From an uncultured Clostridia bacterium (GTDB lineage: Bacteria > Bacillota > Clostridia > Oscillospirales > SIG627), in NCBI GenBank assembly GCA_946645685.1, contig CAMPCJ010000002.1:1-63666 (forward strand): a DNA stretch of 63,666 bases, read 5' to 3'. Positions within the stretch are counted from its first letter, which is position 1; each line of letters begins with the position of its first letter. Position numbers and translations under genes: made by a program. Shown here in pieces: positions 61,664 to 63,666 of this stretch. The notes under the pieces were generated by a model. The model was not told where the DNA came from and made no database searches. It saw nothing but the letters and a program-made list of their open reading frames with translations.

Positions 61664-63058
61664 TTGTTCAAGAAAAATCAGGAAGTTGAGCTTGAGATCC
61701 TTGAATTGAATATGATGGGTCACGGCGTTGCCAAGCGCGACGGCGCCGTCTTCTTTGTGCGGGACGCGCTGCCCGGGGAAGTCTGTCTTTGTCGGATCAT
61801 TAAATGCGCCAAAAACTATTACGTGGCGCATGTTTTGGAACGCCGTTCCGTTTCAGAATACCGGATCGATCCTGTTTGCCGCGTCTGGAGAACTTGCGGC
61901 GGATGCGTATTTCAAAACGCGTCTTATGAATTGGAGCTTCTGACAAAGAAGCGCTATGTGGAGGAGTGCGTCAAAAAAGCCGGTCTTTCACTCCAAACAA
62001 ATCCCGTCCTTTCTTCCAGAAATATCTGTCGTTATCGTAACAAAGGGCAGTATCCCGTGTCGCAAGCGGACAGCGGGATCGTTGCCGGCTTTTATGCGCC
62101 CAGATCTCATCGGGTCGTATCGATTGACGATTGCGCCATTCAGAACGAGGCCTTTTCCGGTATTTTACAAACTGTTATATCCTTTTGCCGGGATCGGGGC
62201 GTTAAACCGTACGATGAAGAGGCAAAGGACGGTCTTTTACGCCACGTAAACCTCCGGATCGGTGAAAAAACCGGGCAGATCATGCTTTGCCTTGTTTTGA
62301 CCAAAGATGAATTTCCCGGGGAAGGGGAGTTTATTGATCAAATTACCTCCCGGGAAAGTAAAATCGCAAGCATTGTGTTTAATATCAACCCGGACGATAC
62401 GAACGTGATCTTGGGAAATAAAGAACGCCTGGTTTGGGGCAGAGAAGCCATCGACGACGTTTTATGCGATAAGCGCTTTTCCCTTTCATCTAAATCTTTC
62501 TATCAAGTCAATCGGGATGGCGCCGAACTTTTATACCAAACGGCGTTTCAAATGGCGCGCGTCACGCCGGATACCGTTTTATTGGATCTGTACTGCGGGG
62601 TCGGCACCATCGGGCAATGCGCCGCTCAAAAGCCGGATCAAAAGATCTATGGCGTGGAGATCATCCCCCAAGCCATTGAAAACGCCAAGTTCAACGCCTC
62701 TCAAAACGGCTTGACGCAAACACGGTATATCTGCGGTGACGCTTCCGCGCTCTTTGATAAGATTAAAGAGGGCGATTGGAAAAGCGCGCTTTTGATCTTA
62801 GATCCGCCCCGCAAAGGACTTTCTGCCGACGTGATCGGTAAAGTGATCGCTTCGCCGGTTGAAAAGATCCTTTATATCTCCTGCAATCCCGTTACACTGA
62901 CGCGAGATATCGCGCTGCTGGAGAAAGGCGGATTCTCAGCAGGTTTTCTACAGCCGGTGGACTTATTTCCACGCACGGGGCACGTGGAGGCAGTTACATT
63001 GATCACTCGAGACGATGTCGAGGCTACGGATTTGATGCTAAGAGCATGGACTAAATAA
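61664..63058 (+). CDS. rlmD: 23S rRNA (uracil-5)-methyltransferase RlmD/RumA family
   Basis: TRAM domain. Fe-S ligands CRVWRTCGGC. SAM fold LDLYCGVGTIG, DPPRKG, YISCNP. TTG start 6 nt after AAGGAG. The C-terminus extends about 15 aa beyond the usual HVE.V.L..R end. Confidence 0.85.
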   Translation: MFKKNQEVELEILELNMMGHGVAKRDGAVFFVRDALPGEVCLCRIIKCAKNYYVAHVLERRSVSEYRIDPVCRVWRTCGGCVFQNASYELELLTKKRYVEECVKKAGLSLQTNPVLSSRNICRYRNKGQYPVSQADSGIVAGFYAPRSHRVVSIDDCAIQNEAFSGILQTVISFCRDRGVKPYDEEAKDGLLRHVNLRIGEKTGQIMLCLVLTKDEFPGEGEFIDQITSRESKIASIVFNINPDDTNVILGNKERLVWGREAIDDVLCDKRFSLSSKSFYQVNRDGAELLYQTAFQMARVTPDTVLLDLYCGVGTIGQCAAQKPDQKIYGVEIIPQAIENAKFNASQNGLTQTRYICGDASALFDKIKEGDWKSALLILDPPRKGLSADVIGKVIASPVEKILYISCNPVTLTRDIALLEKGGFSAGFLQPVDLFPRTGHVEAVTLITRDDVEATDLMLRAWTK

Positions 63059-63115
63059 AGAACATAGTTTTTAATACAATGATAATTAAATCAATTTTTT
63101 ATAAGGAGAATAATC

Positions 63116-63445
63116 ATGGCGACATATTATGTTAATGGGAATCAATTTGAGGTATCTGTTTATGGGTTGCGAATAGAATCTGATTCAGATAAAGAGAACA
63201 TCTTTTTTCTCGCCCCGATTGATAACAACTGGGAAAAATACTTTTCAGCTGACTCGAACTGGATTGCTTCAAAAAACAGAGCAATAATAGTATATGCCAG
63301 CGAAAACAATTTACGGAAAGTCGATAGGTTGGTTTATATCTACTGGGAACAAGTTGGCAATCCGAATAACGTTGAAATCGAAGTTGACATAAATGAGACA
63401 GATCGCGCATATCTAAACGGTTTATTGGTGCAGAGGTTAGGCTAA
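63116..63445 (+). CDS. Hypothetical protein in an AT-rich segment
   Basis: 109-aa ORF with AAGGAG RBS. Composition is visibly more AT-rich than the rest of the window. No recognisable motif. Confidence 0.45.
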   Translation: MATYYVNGNQFEVSVYGLRIESDSDKENIFFLAPIDNNWEKYFSADSNWIASKNRAIIVYASENNLRKVDRLVYIYWEQVGNPNNVEIEVDINETDRAYLNGLLVQRLG

Positions 63446-63666
63446 CATATAGAATCATAGTCGATCGATTATAACGTTCGACAGCATAGGCTTTACGAGG
63501 GCAATTATGTGGGCAGCGTTGATAACGGCATTTTTATTCACGCCATTGTCCCAAGGCACGTCGAGACGGTATGCTGCTTGTACCACCAGAAGAAGGACTT
63601 TATTTCAGTGACGTATGAACCGAAAGATGCGGAGTATCTGAAAAAGTAAAATGAATTATTCAAATC

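Noticed and set aside
1-63666. CRISPR arrays, rRNA operons, IS elements, integrases or prophage genes.
   Set aside because: I scanned the intergenic regions and ORF translations. I saw no regularly spaced repeats, no rRNA-like sequence, and no transposase, integrase or phage structural motifs.

Overview
This 63.7-kb window looks like a chromosomal segment from an endospore-forming Clostridia-class Firmicute. The evidence is PolC, spoIVA, a SpoVB-like flippase, sigG, an alpha/beta SASP, CotF-like coat proteins and a PPi-type phosphofructokinase. Most of the window is syntenic housekeeping DNA. It holds the pyrH-frr-uppS-cdsA-dxr-rseP-ispG-polC block and ruvX-glmS-cobB. It also holds a DeoR-linked 2-oxoacid dehydrogenase operon (E2-E3-fused E1), split transketolase, the distal dcw cluster (yggS-sepF-yggT-divIVA-lspA-rluD), miaA-queA, dapA-dapB and rlmD. 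I saw no rRNA genes, CRISPR arrays, transposases or integrases. The clear accessory stretch lies between spoIVA and a tRNA-Thr/tRNA-Tyr pair (about 26.1-34.6 kb). At the exact window centre (29348-34458, minus strand) is a tightly coupled three-gene operon. It encodes a TerB-N/TerB-C protein, a DUF2791/BrxC-BrxD-like P-loop ATPase and an Lhr-like DExH helicase. This is the architecture known as the Shango anti-phage system, and it has no recognisable effector domain. The same stretch carries an antitoxin-less MazF/EndoA toxin, a radical-SAM-activase-like protein with a CX3CX3C motif, and a VTC+DUF4956 pair. Secondary curiosities are a PqqD-like RRE overlapping a soluble S26-like peptidase, a 1143-aa secreted cohesin-like/beta-helix protein, and a tRNA-Tyr with C at T-loop position 55. 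There is also an abrupt AT-rich break right after the rlmD 3' end. All calls come from reading the sequence and ORF translations. No database search was run.
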